61,994 nt of DNA from a virus (Duplodnaviria > Caudoviricetes), in the IMG/VR virus record IMGVR_UViG_3300016476_000949, positions 1 to 61,994 of that record, one strand, 5' to 3'. Position 1 is the first letter of the stretch, and every line of letters begins with the position of its first letter. Below are positions 1 through 8,156 of this stretch, in pieces. The position numbers were made by a program, and so were the translations under genes. The notes under the pieces are model-generated. The model did no database searches, was not told the origin of the DNA, and saw nothing but the letters and a program-made list of their open reading frames with translations.

Positions 1-347
1 CGCTGGCCGATGGCGACATCGACCGGATCACCATCGCCTATGCGTCGCTTTACTTCCCCAACGGCGTCGTCGTGCCGGAAGTGCCGGGTGTTCCGGGCAT
101 TCCCGAAATCCCCGCCACCTTCGACGCTGACGGCAACGAACTGACGCCGCTCATCCCGGCTGTCCCCGAGGTGCCCGGCACTCCCGCGTCCGTGCGCCCG
201 CCGACTGGTCAGGAAGTGTTCGACGCCGTGGCGAACGGGCTGCTTCAGGGCATCCTCGCGAACACTATCAGCGTCGAGAAGACCAACGCGGCGAAAGAGG
301 CGCAGGACAGCGTGCCGCCCATCGTGGTCGAGCCCGGCGCGCAGTAA
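1..347 (+). CDS. 3' part of a Pro-rich hypothetical (tail-associated?) protein that begins at 61928 and crosses the window junction
   Basis: Frame is open from base 3 to the TAA at 345-347 and continues the ORF starting at 61928; VPEVPG/IPEIPA/VPEVPG repeats. Confidence 0.7.
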   Translation, partial: LADGDIDRITIAYASLYFPNGVVVPEVPGVPGIPEIPATFDADGNELTPLIPAVPEVPGTPASVRPPTGQEVFDAVANGLLQGILANTISVEKTNAAKEAQDSVPPIVVEPGAQ

Positions 348-422
348 ATCTTGGCGAGCCATTTTGATGATGGCGTCGTCTTGATGTAAAATATCGCCGT
401 TCAAGCGACGGGTTGGAGAAGA

Positions 423-1103
423 ATGAGCACCAGCGGCACATACTCGTTCAACCCGTCGTCCGGCGAGTTGACCCTTTATGCCTACCAGTTGATCGGCGTG
501 CGTCCGACGTCCCTGCTGCAAGAGCACATGGACTCGTCACGCACGGCAATGAACATGATGTTGGCGAACTGGTCGAACCGGGGGGTCAATTTGTGGCAGG
601 TGACCAAGGTCACCACGCCGCTTGTCGCCGGCACGGCGACCTATTCCGTCGACCCGTCGACCGTCGTAATCCTCGACGCCTACGTTGCCTCTGGATCCCC
701 GGAGATCGACAGAATCATCCTTCCGATCAGCCGCACGGAATATGCGAGCTACCCTAACAAGACGCAGGAGGGCTACCCGACCGCCTTCTGGTTCGACCGC
801 ACCCTGTCGCCAACCGTGACGCTGTGGCCCGTTCCTGACGGATCGCAGACCAATCTGGTCTACTATGCCGTCCTGAGGATACAGGACGCCAATATGAGCG
901 GTGTCGAGAATGTCGACATCCCGCCGATCTGGCTGGAGGCCTTTGCGTATGGCCTTGCCACGCGCTTGGCTCTTATATGGGCCCCGGAGAAGGCGGCAAT
1001 CCTGAAGCCGCTGGCGGATGAAGCCTATGAGATTGCGGCCGCGCAAAATGTTGAAACATCCAATTTCTATGTGTCGCCTCAGATTGGATCTTACTTTCGC
1101 TAG
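423..1103 (+). CDS. putative virion head-tail adaptor / tail tubular protein
   Basis: 226 aa, GGAGA RBS, lies in the structural module; WSNRGVNLW and PTAFWFDR...LWPVPD motifs typical of podovirus adaptor-like proteins. Confidence 0.55.
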   Translation: MSTSGTYSFNPSSGELTLYAYQLIGVRPTSLLQEHMDSSRTAMNMMLANWSNRGVNLWQVTKVTTPLVAGTATYSVDPSTVVILDAYVASGSPEIDRIILPISRTEYASYPNKTQEGYPTAFWFDRTLSPTVTLWPVPDGSQTNLVYYAVLRIQDANMSGVENVDIPPIWLEAFAYGLATRLALIWAPEKAAILKPLADEAYEIAAAQNVETSNFYVSPQIGSYFR

Positions 1104-1111
1104 GTGGTATA

Positions 1112-1133
1112 TATCCCCAAATATGTGGGGATA
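1112..1133 (+). promoter_or_regulatory. hairpin sequestering the RBS of the homing endonuclease gene
   Basis: TATCCCCA (1112-1119) / TGGGGATA (1126-1133) 8-bp stem covering GGGGA, ending 4 nt before the ATG at 1138. Confidence 0.6.
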
Positions 1134-1137
1134 AGCA

Positions 1138-1827
1138 ATGAGCAAGTTCTATGTCTATGAACACTGGCGGCCTGATATGGATAGGTGCTTTTACGTAGGC
1201 AAAGGCGGAGGCGGGAAAGGAACCCGCATGCACAGCCTATGGAATCGCAACATCCGCTACACGCGCACAAGAAATAAATTGAAACGGGCCGGTTTGCGTG
1301 TCGATGTCCGTATTGTTGCAAGTGGATTAACAGAGCGCGAAGCTTTTGATTTAGAGAAGGAAAGGATCGCTTTTTGGCGTTCAATTGGCGTTGATCTTGT
1401 GAACCTTACAGATGGCGGAGACGGTATGACGCCAACGGAAGAGACGCGAGCTAAGATGCGCGCATCTTCGGCGCGCCGATGGTCTGATCCTGATCAGCGT
1501 AAACGTGCGGCTGAAATAGCTAAAGACAGGGCAACTCCGGACCGCATTAAAAAAATGATGGATGCGAAACCAAGGTTTGCGAGTCCTGAAACGCGCGCAA
1601 AAATGAGCGCTTCGATTCAAAAATTCTACGCAAACAATCCAGAAGCTCGACAAAAAAGAGCGGAAAGAGTTTCGGGGGAGAAAAACCATTTTTATGGTAA
1701 AAAGCATAGTCCAGAGACGCTTCAGCGTATTGCCGACAAAAAACGCGGGTCAAAAATGACCGAAGAGACAAGAGAAAAAATGAGAGTGGCTCAGTCTGAG
1801 CGCCGCCGTAGAGAGGCTGCGTCATGA
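1138..1827 (+). CDS. free-standing GIY-YIG-type homing endonuclease with NUMOD3 DNA-binding repeats
   Basis: YVYEH...FYVGKG N-terminus, LVNLTDGGDG, ETRAKM repeats and GEKNHFYGKKHSPET; lower GC than flanks. Confidence 0.85.
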   Translation: MSKFYVYEHWRPDMDRCFYVGKGGGGKGTRMHSLWNRNIRYTRTRNKLKRAGLRVDVRIVASGLTEREAFDLEKERIAFWRSIGVDLVNLTDGGDGMTPTEETRAKMRASSARRWSDPDQRKRAAEIAKDRATPDRIKKMMDAKPRFASPETRAKMSASIQKFYANNPEARQKRAERVSGEKNHFYGKKHSPETLQRIADKKRGSKMTEETREKMRVAQSERRRREAAS

Positions 1828-2318
1828 GGCCGCACGGGCGAGCTCGCGTCAGCTCCAGAAATCCACAGGCCTTCGCAATTTGCGACAGATGCGGGCGTCT
1901 GACAAATCATTACCGCCTTCAGTGGCAGTATGACTGGCGCGGAGCGTCACTTCAAAACCTGCGCATTCTTGTTTGCGAATCATGTCTCGATGTCCCGCAG
2001 CAGCAACTGCGGGCGCCGGTTATCCCTGCGGATCCCGTGCCGATCCAGAATCCCCGCACGCAGGATTACGTTTCGGCGGAAACCAATTACCGAACGACGT
2101 CGGGTCAAAACACGGTCGACCCCGTCACCGGGATTCCCGTCCCGGGCGGCGACGTTCGCATCACTGAAGACGACAACACGCGCGTCGTGCAGCAGACCGG
2201 CGAGCCGCCGGGCGGCAAGAACACCGAGCCGGGCACTGACCCGAATGCGCCGGGCAATGATGACCCCGGACTTCCTTACGGCAACACGACCGTGCCAAAA
2301 ACGGGGCCGCTTACATGA
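1824..2318 (+). CDS. conserved phage protein with zinc-ribbon (CDRCG...CESC)
   Basis: Two CxxC pairs; ATGA overlaps with neighbours. Confidence 0.65.
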   Translation: MRPHGRARVSSRNPQAFAICDRCGRLTNHYRLQWQYDWRGASLQNLRILVCESCLDVPQQQLRAPVIPADPVPIQNPRTQDYVSAETNYRTTSGQNTVDPVTGIPVPGGDVRITEDDNTRVVQQTGEPPGGKNTEPGTDPNAPGNDDPGLPYGNTTVPKTGPLT

Positions 2319-5074
2319 GCAGCGTTCAAATTCCCGGATTGCCCGCCGCAATCGCCCTCAGTGGGACGGAACAGGTGGAGGCCGTTCAGTCCGGCTCCTC
2401 TGTTCGCGTGACGACAGCGCAGATTGCCGCGCTCGCCAACCCAATTGGAACGGGTGGAGCGCTGGCTCCATCTCTTGGCGGGACCGGAACGACGACTGTC
2501 TTTTCCACCGGATCCGTGGTCTTCTCCGGGGCGTCTGGCATATACTCCCAGAACAATTCCAACTTCTTCTGGGACAACGTCAACAATCGACTCGGGATTG
2601 GGACAGGCTCCCCGTCCGCCGCCCTCCATGTAACTGGCTCAGTCCTTGGCGCTTCGTTCAACAATGTCTCTGTGACGACGCCCGCGTCGCCGGTCACATT
2701 TACGCTTTTCAGCGGCTCCACGTTCTCGACGGGAGGCAATGTCGCCATCGGCTCGACGCTCTCGACAACGGGCGCGTTCTCGACCGGCGGCGCGTTCTCG
2801 ACCGGCGGCGCAGTGACTGTGTCTGGCGCGTTCGGCCTGACGCTCACCCTCGCCGGGACGACCAACCTGACCTTGCCGACGACGGGGACGGTGACAGCCC
2901 TCGGCAATACGGTCACCGGCTCCGGCAACATTGTTCTTGCCACGTCGCCCAGTCTCACGACGCCTGCGCTCGGCGTCGCGACGGCCACCAGCATCAACAA
3001 GGTCGCGTTCACGACCCCGGCTCTGACGGCGACCCTGAAGCTGGCGTCGGACAGCATCTTTGAGACGGTTGGCGACAGCTACCACACGACGCTGACGATG
3101 ACCGGGAACACCTCCCTGGCGCTCCCGACGAGCGGCACGGTCACGGCGCTCGGGAACACGACGACAGGTTCCGGCAGCATCGTCCTCGCGACGTCTCCGA
3201 CGCTGGTGACTCCGACGCTTGGTGTGGCGACAGCGACCAGCATCAACAAGGTCGCCATCACGGCCCCGGCGACGAGCGCCACACTTACGATTTCAGACGG
3301 GAAGACGATCAGTTTTCCGCAGTCTCTGACGTTTCCGTCCAACGCCGGAACGAATGGTTATGTCCTGCAAACCGATGGGGCAGGGAACCTTTCATGGGTT
3401 GTCCAGTCTGGCGGTGGTGGAGGAACGGCGGCTGGAGGCTCAAGCGGGCAAATTCAGTATAACAACGCAGGCGTTCTGGGTGGCTTCACCATGTCGGGTG
3501 ACGCCACCATCGTCGCGTCGACCGGCGTCATTACGGTCACGAAGACGAATAATGTCGCGTTCGGGTCTCTCGCCACTGTCGTGGCCGGAACCGGGGTCGC
3601 TGCTGCTGCGGCGAATGCTGTTAATGGCTCGGGCGGCTTCATCACCTATGCCTCCTTTGCGCCTGCGGCCAGCAAGGTTCTGACGCTGTCGAACACCATG
3701 ACGCTTGCCGCCGGGGCTGACAGCCAGACGTTCACGTTCCCCGCTTCTGGCGGCACGGTGACGGTGCTCGGCAATTCCACCACGGGCACGGGCAGCATCG
3801 TCAGAGATACGTCCCCGACGCTAGTGACGCCCGTTCTAGGGGTGGCGACTGCGACGAGCGTAAACAAGGTGGCGATTACTGCTCCCGCCACCAGCGCCAC
3901 ACTGACGCTCGCCAATGGCTCGACCCTTGCCACCTCCGGCGCGTTCTCGATCACGCTCAACGCAACTGGCACGACGTCCCTCGACCTGCCCTCCAGCGGC
4001 ACGGTCACCGCCCTTGGCAACAGCACGACAGGCTCGGGGAACATCGTCCTCGCGACGAGCCCGACTCTGACGACCCCGACCCTTGGCGTGGCCTCTGCGA
4101 CGTCGATCAACAAGGTCGCCATCACGGCTCCCGCAACGAACGCGACGCTTACTCTTGGCGACGGATCGACGCTGGCCACCTCCGGCGCTTTCTCCGTTAC
4201 CCTGACGGCGACGAACACGACCAGCCTGACGCTGCCGACCAGCGGCACACTAGCGACGACGAGCAACAATCTCGGCGCGTTTGCCGCGACGACGTCGGCG
4301 CAGCTTGCGGGCGTCATTTCCGACGAAACGGGCTCCGGCTCCCTCGTCTTTGCGACGAGCCCGACACTGGTGACGCCGCTCCTCGGAACGCCGACGAGCG
4401 GCACGCTGACGAACTGCACGGGCCTCCCGATCTCGACCGGCGTCTCCGGCCTCGGGGCGAACATGGCGACGTTCCTTGCGACGCCGTCGAGCGCCAATCT
4501 CGCGGCGACAGTCACGGACGAGACGGGCTCTGGCTCTCTCGTCTTCGCGACGTCGCCCAGCCTGACAACTCCGTCCCTCGGGGTCGCGACGGCGACGAGC
4601 ATCAATAAGGTCGCGATTACTGCCCCCGCTACGAGCGCCACGCTGACCATCGCGGACGGCAAGACACTGACGGCGAGCAACTCAATCACGTTCGCCGGAA
4701 CGGACGGAACGACAATGACGTTCCCCGGAGCGTCGGCGTCGATTGGCTACCTGAACATTCCGCAGGTCGGCGGCGCGGCAAAGACGACGAACTACACAGG
4801 CGTTCTGGCCGACTCGGGCCAGATGGCCGTTATGAATGCGACCGGGTTGACCTACACCATCCCGGCGAATGCGTCGGTCGCCTATCCGGTCGGAACGGTC
4901 CTGACCATCGTCAATGTCTTTGCAGGCAACCTGTCGATTGCGATCACCACCGACACGATGACACTGGCTGGCACGACGACAACCGGAACGCGAACCCTCG
5001 CGCAGAACGGCGTCGCCACGGCGCTGAAAGTGACGTCGACCAGTTGGCTCATCAGCGGGACGGGACTGACCTGA
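2315..5074 (+). CDS. long tail fibre-like protein with internal ~55-aa repeats
   Basis: 919 aa, Thr/Gly/Ser/Ala-rich; about five copies of GTVTALGNxTTGSGxIVLATSPTLxTPxLGVATATSINKVAITAPAT; NNRLGIGTGSP motif. Confidence 0.8.
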   Translation: MSSVQIPGLPAAIALSGTEQVEAVQSGSSVRVTTAQIAALANPIGTGGALAPSLGGTGTTTVFSTGSVVFSGASGIYSQNNSNFFWDNVNNRLGIGTGSPSAALHVTGSVLGASFNNVSVTTPASPVTFTLFSGSTFSTGGNVAIGSTLSTTGAFSTGGAFSTGGAVTVSGAFGLTLTLAGTTNLTLPTTGTVTALGNTVTGSGNIVLATSPSLTTPALGVATATSINKVAFTTPALTATLKLASDSIFETVGDSYHTTLTMTGNTSLALPTSGTVTALGNTTTGSGSIVLATSPTLVTPTLGVATATSINKVAITAPATSATLTISDGKTISFPQSLTFPSNAGTNGYVLQTDGAGNLSWVVQSGGGGGTAAGGSSGQIQYNNAGVLGGFTMSGDATIVASTGVITVTKTNNVAFGSLATVVAGTGVAAAAANAVNGSGGFITYASFAPAASKVLTLSNTMTLAAGADSQTFTFPASGGTVTVLGNSTTGTGSIVRDTSPTLVTPVLGVATATSVNKVAITAPATSATLTLANGSTLATSGAFSITLNATGTTSLDLPSSGTVTALGNSTTGSGNIVLATSPTLTTPTLGVASATSINKVAITAPATNATLTLGDGSTLATSGAFSVTLTATNTTSLTLPTSGTLATTSNNLGAFAATTSAQLAGVISDETGSGSLVFATSPTLVTPLLGTPTSGTLTNCTGLPISTGVSGLGANMATFLATPSSANLAATVTDETGSGSLVFATSPSLTTPSLGVATATSINKVAITAPATSATLTIADGKTLTASNSITFAGTDGTTMTFPGASASIGYLNIPQVGGAAKTTNYTGVLADSGQMAVMNATGLTYTIPANASVAYPVGTVLTIVNVFAGNLSIAITTDTMTLAGTTTTGTRTLAQNGVATALKVTSTSWLISGTGLT

Positions 5075-5940
5075 TGGCTGGCATTCTCAACGCACTTGTC
5101 GCAGGCAAAGCGTCACAGACGACGAAGACCATCTTCATCACGGCTGGCTCGTCGTGGACCGTCCCGGCTGACTGGAACAGCGCGAACAACACCGTCATTT
5201 GCATCGGTGGTGGCGGTGGCGGCAGCAATGGCCAATTTGGCGCAGGCGGCGGTGGCGGCGCGTTTTCTGCAAAAACAAATTTAAGCCTCACGCCCGGCGC
5301 TTCCGTGTCTTATTCAATCGGCGCTGGGGGAAGTGGCGGAGCCGCCAGCCCGACAAGCAATGACGGCGTAACCGGTGGAGATACTTGGTTTTCCTCGACC
5401 ACAACAGTTCTTGCAAAGGGCGGCGTAGGCGGCTTCGATACAGTCACCAACGCCGCTGGAGGCGCTGCCGCGTCGGGCTATGGGGATACTAAATTCAGCG
5501 GCGGTAATGGAGGCGTGACCCCGACTTACTATGGTGGTAATGGCGGCGGCGGCGCGGCAAGTATTTCTTCAAACGGAACTGCCGCGATAGACAACAATAA
5601 TGCCAGCAACGATGGAACCGCAGGCGGCAACAGCGGCTCTGGTGCGACCGGCGGAACGGGGTCAACCAGCACCGCTGTAGCAGGCAATCCCGGCGGCACC
5701 AAGACGGACTACACGGCCACCAATACGTGGAACGGAACGTCCTATTCAGGGACAACTCCGACTGCCGGGTCTGGCGCAGGCGGCGGTGGCGGCAAGGGAA
5801 CTTTCCCCGCTGCGGCAGCAAGTGCTGGCGGCGCTGGCGGAGCCTACGGAGGCGGCGGTGGTGGTGGTGGTTTTGGCTCGACGAAGGCTGCTGGCGGCGC
5901 AGGCGCCGGCGGCCTCATCATCGTCATCTACACTTCTTAA
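5074..5940 (+). CDS. glycine-rich tail fibre adhesin-like protein
   Basis: Start MAGILNAL overlaps the upstream stop (TGATG); SWTVPADW...CIGGGGGG...GAGGLIIVIY glycine-rich domain. Confidence 0.7.
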   Translation: MAGILNALVAGKASQTTKTIFITAGSSWTVPADWNSANNTVICIGGGGGGSNGQFGAGGGGGAFSAKTNLSLTPGASVSYSIGAGGSGGAASPTSNDGVTGGDTWFSSTTTVLAKGGVGGFDTVTNAAGGAAASGYGDTKFSGGNGGVTPTYYGGNGGGGAASISSNGTAAIDNNNASNDGTAGGNSGSGATGGTGSTSTAVAGNPGGTKTDYTATNTWNGTSYSGTTPTAGSGAGGGGGKGTFPAAAASAGGAGGAYGGGGGGGGFGSTKAAGGAGAGGLIIVIYTS

Positions 5941-5979
5941 CAAACTTCTGGATATTGCTTGGGCGGCTGGGGGCTCATC

Positions 5980-6249
5980 GTGACAACCATACCCGACTAC
6001 CAAATGCTGTTTAACCTCGTCACCGGTCTTTTGGGCGTGATTGGCGGGTGGATGCTGAATGTCTTGTGGGGCGCTCTGAAGGACCTTCAGCAGGCCGACA
6101 AGGACCTCGCCGACAAAGTGGCCGGAATAGAGGTTCTTGTTGCAGGACAGTATATAACGCGCAAAGAATATTCCGACGCGCTGAACATCATCAACATCAA
6201 GCTCGACCGCATACAGGCGACGTTGAGCGAAAAAGCTGACAGACAGTAA
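5980..6249 (+). CDS. single-TM coiled-coil protein (holin/antiholin-like)
   Basis: Hydrophobic N-terminal segment followed by a charged coiled coil; first gene of the lysis cassette; start codon uncertain. Confidence 0.5.
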   Translation: MTTIPDYQMLFNLVTGLLGVIGGWMLNVLWGALKDLQQADKDLADKVAGIEVLVAGQYITRKEYSDALNIINIKLDRIQATLSEKADRQ

Positions 6250-6265
6250 GAAGGGGCAATTTATC

Positions 6266-6628
6266 ATGCTGAACAGGACTAGCCTCACCAGACTTCGTGG
6301 CGTCGACGCCAATCTTGTCGCCGTCATCAAGAAGGCGAGCGAGATTTCTGAAATTCCGTTTCAGGTATCAGAGGGGCTTCGCACGCGCGAGCGTCAGGCG
6401 TATCTCGTCAAGACCGGAAAGTCCAAGACGATGAACAGCTACCACCTCAAGGGAAGGGCTGTTGATCTTGTCGCAATGCCGGGTGGTGACGTTTCTTGGA
6501 ATCTTGCCGATTACAAGAAAATCAACGCTGCCGTTCAAAAGGCGGCGAAGTCTGCCGGCGTCACGATTACGTGGGGCGGAACGTGGAAAACCATCGTCGA
6601 TGGACCTCATTGGCAAATCGAGGCATGA
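6266..6628 (+). CDS. endolysin, M15-family L-Ala-D-Glu peptidase
   Basis: EGLRTRERQ, SKTMNSYHLKGRAVDL, WGGTW...DGPHWQ motifs. Confidence 0.9.
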   Translation: MLNRTSLTRLRGVDANLVAVIKKASEISEIPFQVSEGLRTRERQAYLVKTGKSKTMNSYHLKGRAVDLVAMPGGDVSWNLADYKKINAAVQKAAKSAGVTITWGGTWKTIVDGPHWQIEA

Positions 6629-6629
6629 C

Positions 6630-6758
6630 ATGCGTGTCAAGGCTATGTTGCTGGCCATCGCCTACACATTGGTCGTTCTCGGCATAGCGACCATCATATC
6701 CGGCTGCTCGACCGGGAAGGCGTTGATCGACGCCTGCCGGGACGGCCTTTGCAGGTAG
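6630..6758 (+). CDS. small lipoprotein
   Basis: MRVKAMLLAIAYTLVVLGIATIISG-C signal peptide/lipobox, 42 aa. Confidence 0.55.
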   Translation: MRVKAMLLAIAYTLVVLGIATIISGCSTGKALIDACRDGLCR

Positions 6759-6767
6759 GAGAAGAGA

Positions 6768-7010
6768 ATGAACAGCTTTATCGAGGTTGCGATCCGGTCG
6801 GCTTGGTGGTCGAAGGTTAACTGGACTCAGGTCGTCGCGATGGTGGCGACAATTGGCGTCCTGTTTGGCCTCAACCTCCCGGCCGATGAGCAGGCGAAGA
6901 TTGTCGCGACCATTCAAGGCGTATCTGGCCTTGCGACGATAATTTTGCGCACTTGGTTCACGACCAGCGTCACCCCTGCGGCGGCCGCCCGTGTCGAGGC
7001 GTCCGAGTGA
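6768..7010 (+). CDS. holin (two TM segments)
   Basis: SAWWSKVNW N-terminus plus two hydrophobic helices; AGGAG RBS; located in the lysis cassette. Confidence 0.65.
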   Translation: MNSFIEVAIRSAWWSKVNWTQVVAMVATIGVLFGLNLPADEQAKIVATIQGVSGLATIILRTWFTTSVTPAAAARVEASE

Positions 7011-7252
7011 TTGCTGCAATCATAAGCTTCGTCAGCGGCCTTCTTTCGGCCGCTGGCAAGCTCTTCGACTGGCTATACGCCAGATCCTTGGTAAACGCCG
7101 GCAGGACGGCGCAGCAGCTCGAAAGCCTCAAGGAGCAGGTCAATGCCGCCCAGAAAGCCGTCGAGGCTCGCGCTGCTGTCGAGCGCTCTCTTGCTGCCAA
7201 CCCTGACGGGGTGCGCGACGACGACGGGTTCCGTCGAGCCGACGACGAGTAG
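7007..7252 (+). CDS. inner-membrane spanin (Rz-like)
   Basis: GTGA overlap start, N-terminal hydrophobic helix then coiled coil; overlaps the lipoprotein gene. Confidence 0.65.
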   Translation: MIAAIISFVSGLLSAAGKLFDWLYARSLVNAGRTAQQLESLKEQVNAAQKAVEARAAVERSLAANPDGVRDDDGFRRADDE

Positions 7253-7379
7253 CCTGACATTCTGCGCCGGCGCGAGGCCGATTTTCTGGGGTAAACGTGA
7301 TACAGTAGATACGATCAAGCAGGTTAAGGCCCATAACGCCGTAGGCGTCGAGGCCTGCGGCTGGGGGAAGAAAAAATGA
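7143..7379 (+). CDS. outer-membrane spanin lipoprotein (Rz1-like)
   Basis: LLLPTLTG-C lipobox; overlaps the i-spanin in another frame; HNAVGVEACGW C-terminus. Confidence 0.75.
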   Translation: MPPRKPSRLALLSSALLLPTLTGCATTTGSVEPTTSSLTFCAGARPIFWGKRDTVDTIKQVKAHNAVGVEACGWGKKK

Positions 7380-8152
7380 CGACGGGCCTTTCGTATGATG
7401 GCACGGTCTCGGGGACGACGAGCTACATCGCGCAGATCGCCACCATGGCCGTCGTCGACGAAACGGACCCTGCGTTTCTGACCATTCTTCCTCAGGCGAT
7501 CACCTATGCCGAAAACAGGATCTACAGGGACCTCAACTTCCTGTTCACCTCCGCTTCGAATTCATCCTATTACGTCGAGCTCGGAGCTCGCACACTGACG
7601 GTCCCGAATGCGGCAAATTTCGCTCCCGGCGACCCATATGGCGGCGGCGTCCTTGTCGTCACAGAGCAGCTCAATGTGCTGACTCCCGCTGGCAACACCA
7701 ATCCGGACAGCTCAATTCGTGTACCTCTCCTGCCAACAACCAAGGAGTTTCTGGATGCGGTTTACGGCGCATCCGGACAGACGGGCGTCCCGAAATATTT
7801 TGCTCCCTTCAACGACAACCTGTTTCTTGTCGGCCCGTTCGCGGATCAGCGCTACTATGTCGAGATCGTCGGCACGTTTCGCCCCATAAGCATGTCGTCT
7901 TCCCAAAAGACGACGTTCGTCAGCCTGTATTTGCCCGACCTCTTCATCATGGCGTCGATGGTCTACATCTCCGGCTATCAGCGAAACTTCACCAGCGCGG
8001 CAAGCAATGACCCGCAAATGCCGATCAATTACGAGACCCAGTATCAGACGCTGCTGAAGAGCGCCGCCGTCGAGGAGGCGAGGAAGAAGTTCGAGGCCGC
8101 AGGCTGGTCTTCTCAGGCGCCGGCTGTCTCTGCTTCTCCGTCGAGAGGGTAA
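7376..8152 (+). CDS. virion structural protein (adaptor/tail tubular A-like)
   Basis: AENRIYRDL, GVPKYFA...LVGP, YETQYQ motifs; directly precedes the nozzle-like gene. Confidence 0.55.
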   Translation: MTTGLSYDGTVSGTTSYIAQIATMAVVDETDPAFLTILPQAITYAENRIYRDLNFLFTSASNSSYYVELGARTLTVPNAANFAPGDPYGGGVLVVTEQLNVLTPAGNTNPDSSIRVPLLPTTKEFLDAVYGASGQTGVPKYFAPFNDNLFLVGPFADQRYYVEIVGTFRPISMSSSQKTTFVSLYLPDLFIMASMVYISGYQRNFTSAASNDPQMPINYETQYQTLLKSAAVEEARKKFEAAGWSSQAPAVSASPSRG

Positions 8153-8156
8153 GCGC

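Noticed and set aside
380-395. TGTA-N2-AT elements (about 385, 22395, 40990, 51710) as a late promoter consensus
   Set aside because: Too short and degenerate to support without TSS data
1104-1827. Group I intron around the GIY-YIG gene (likewise for the HNH at 21046-21489)
   Set aside because: The flanking genes are intact with their own stops and starts, and there is no non-coding room for a ribozyme core
5074-5940. Many GG dipeptides in the glycine-rich adhesins as members of the GG-motif system
   Set aside because: They are low-complexity polyglycine runs without the aromatic/basic-A/K-x context or domain-boundary placement
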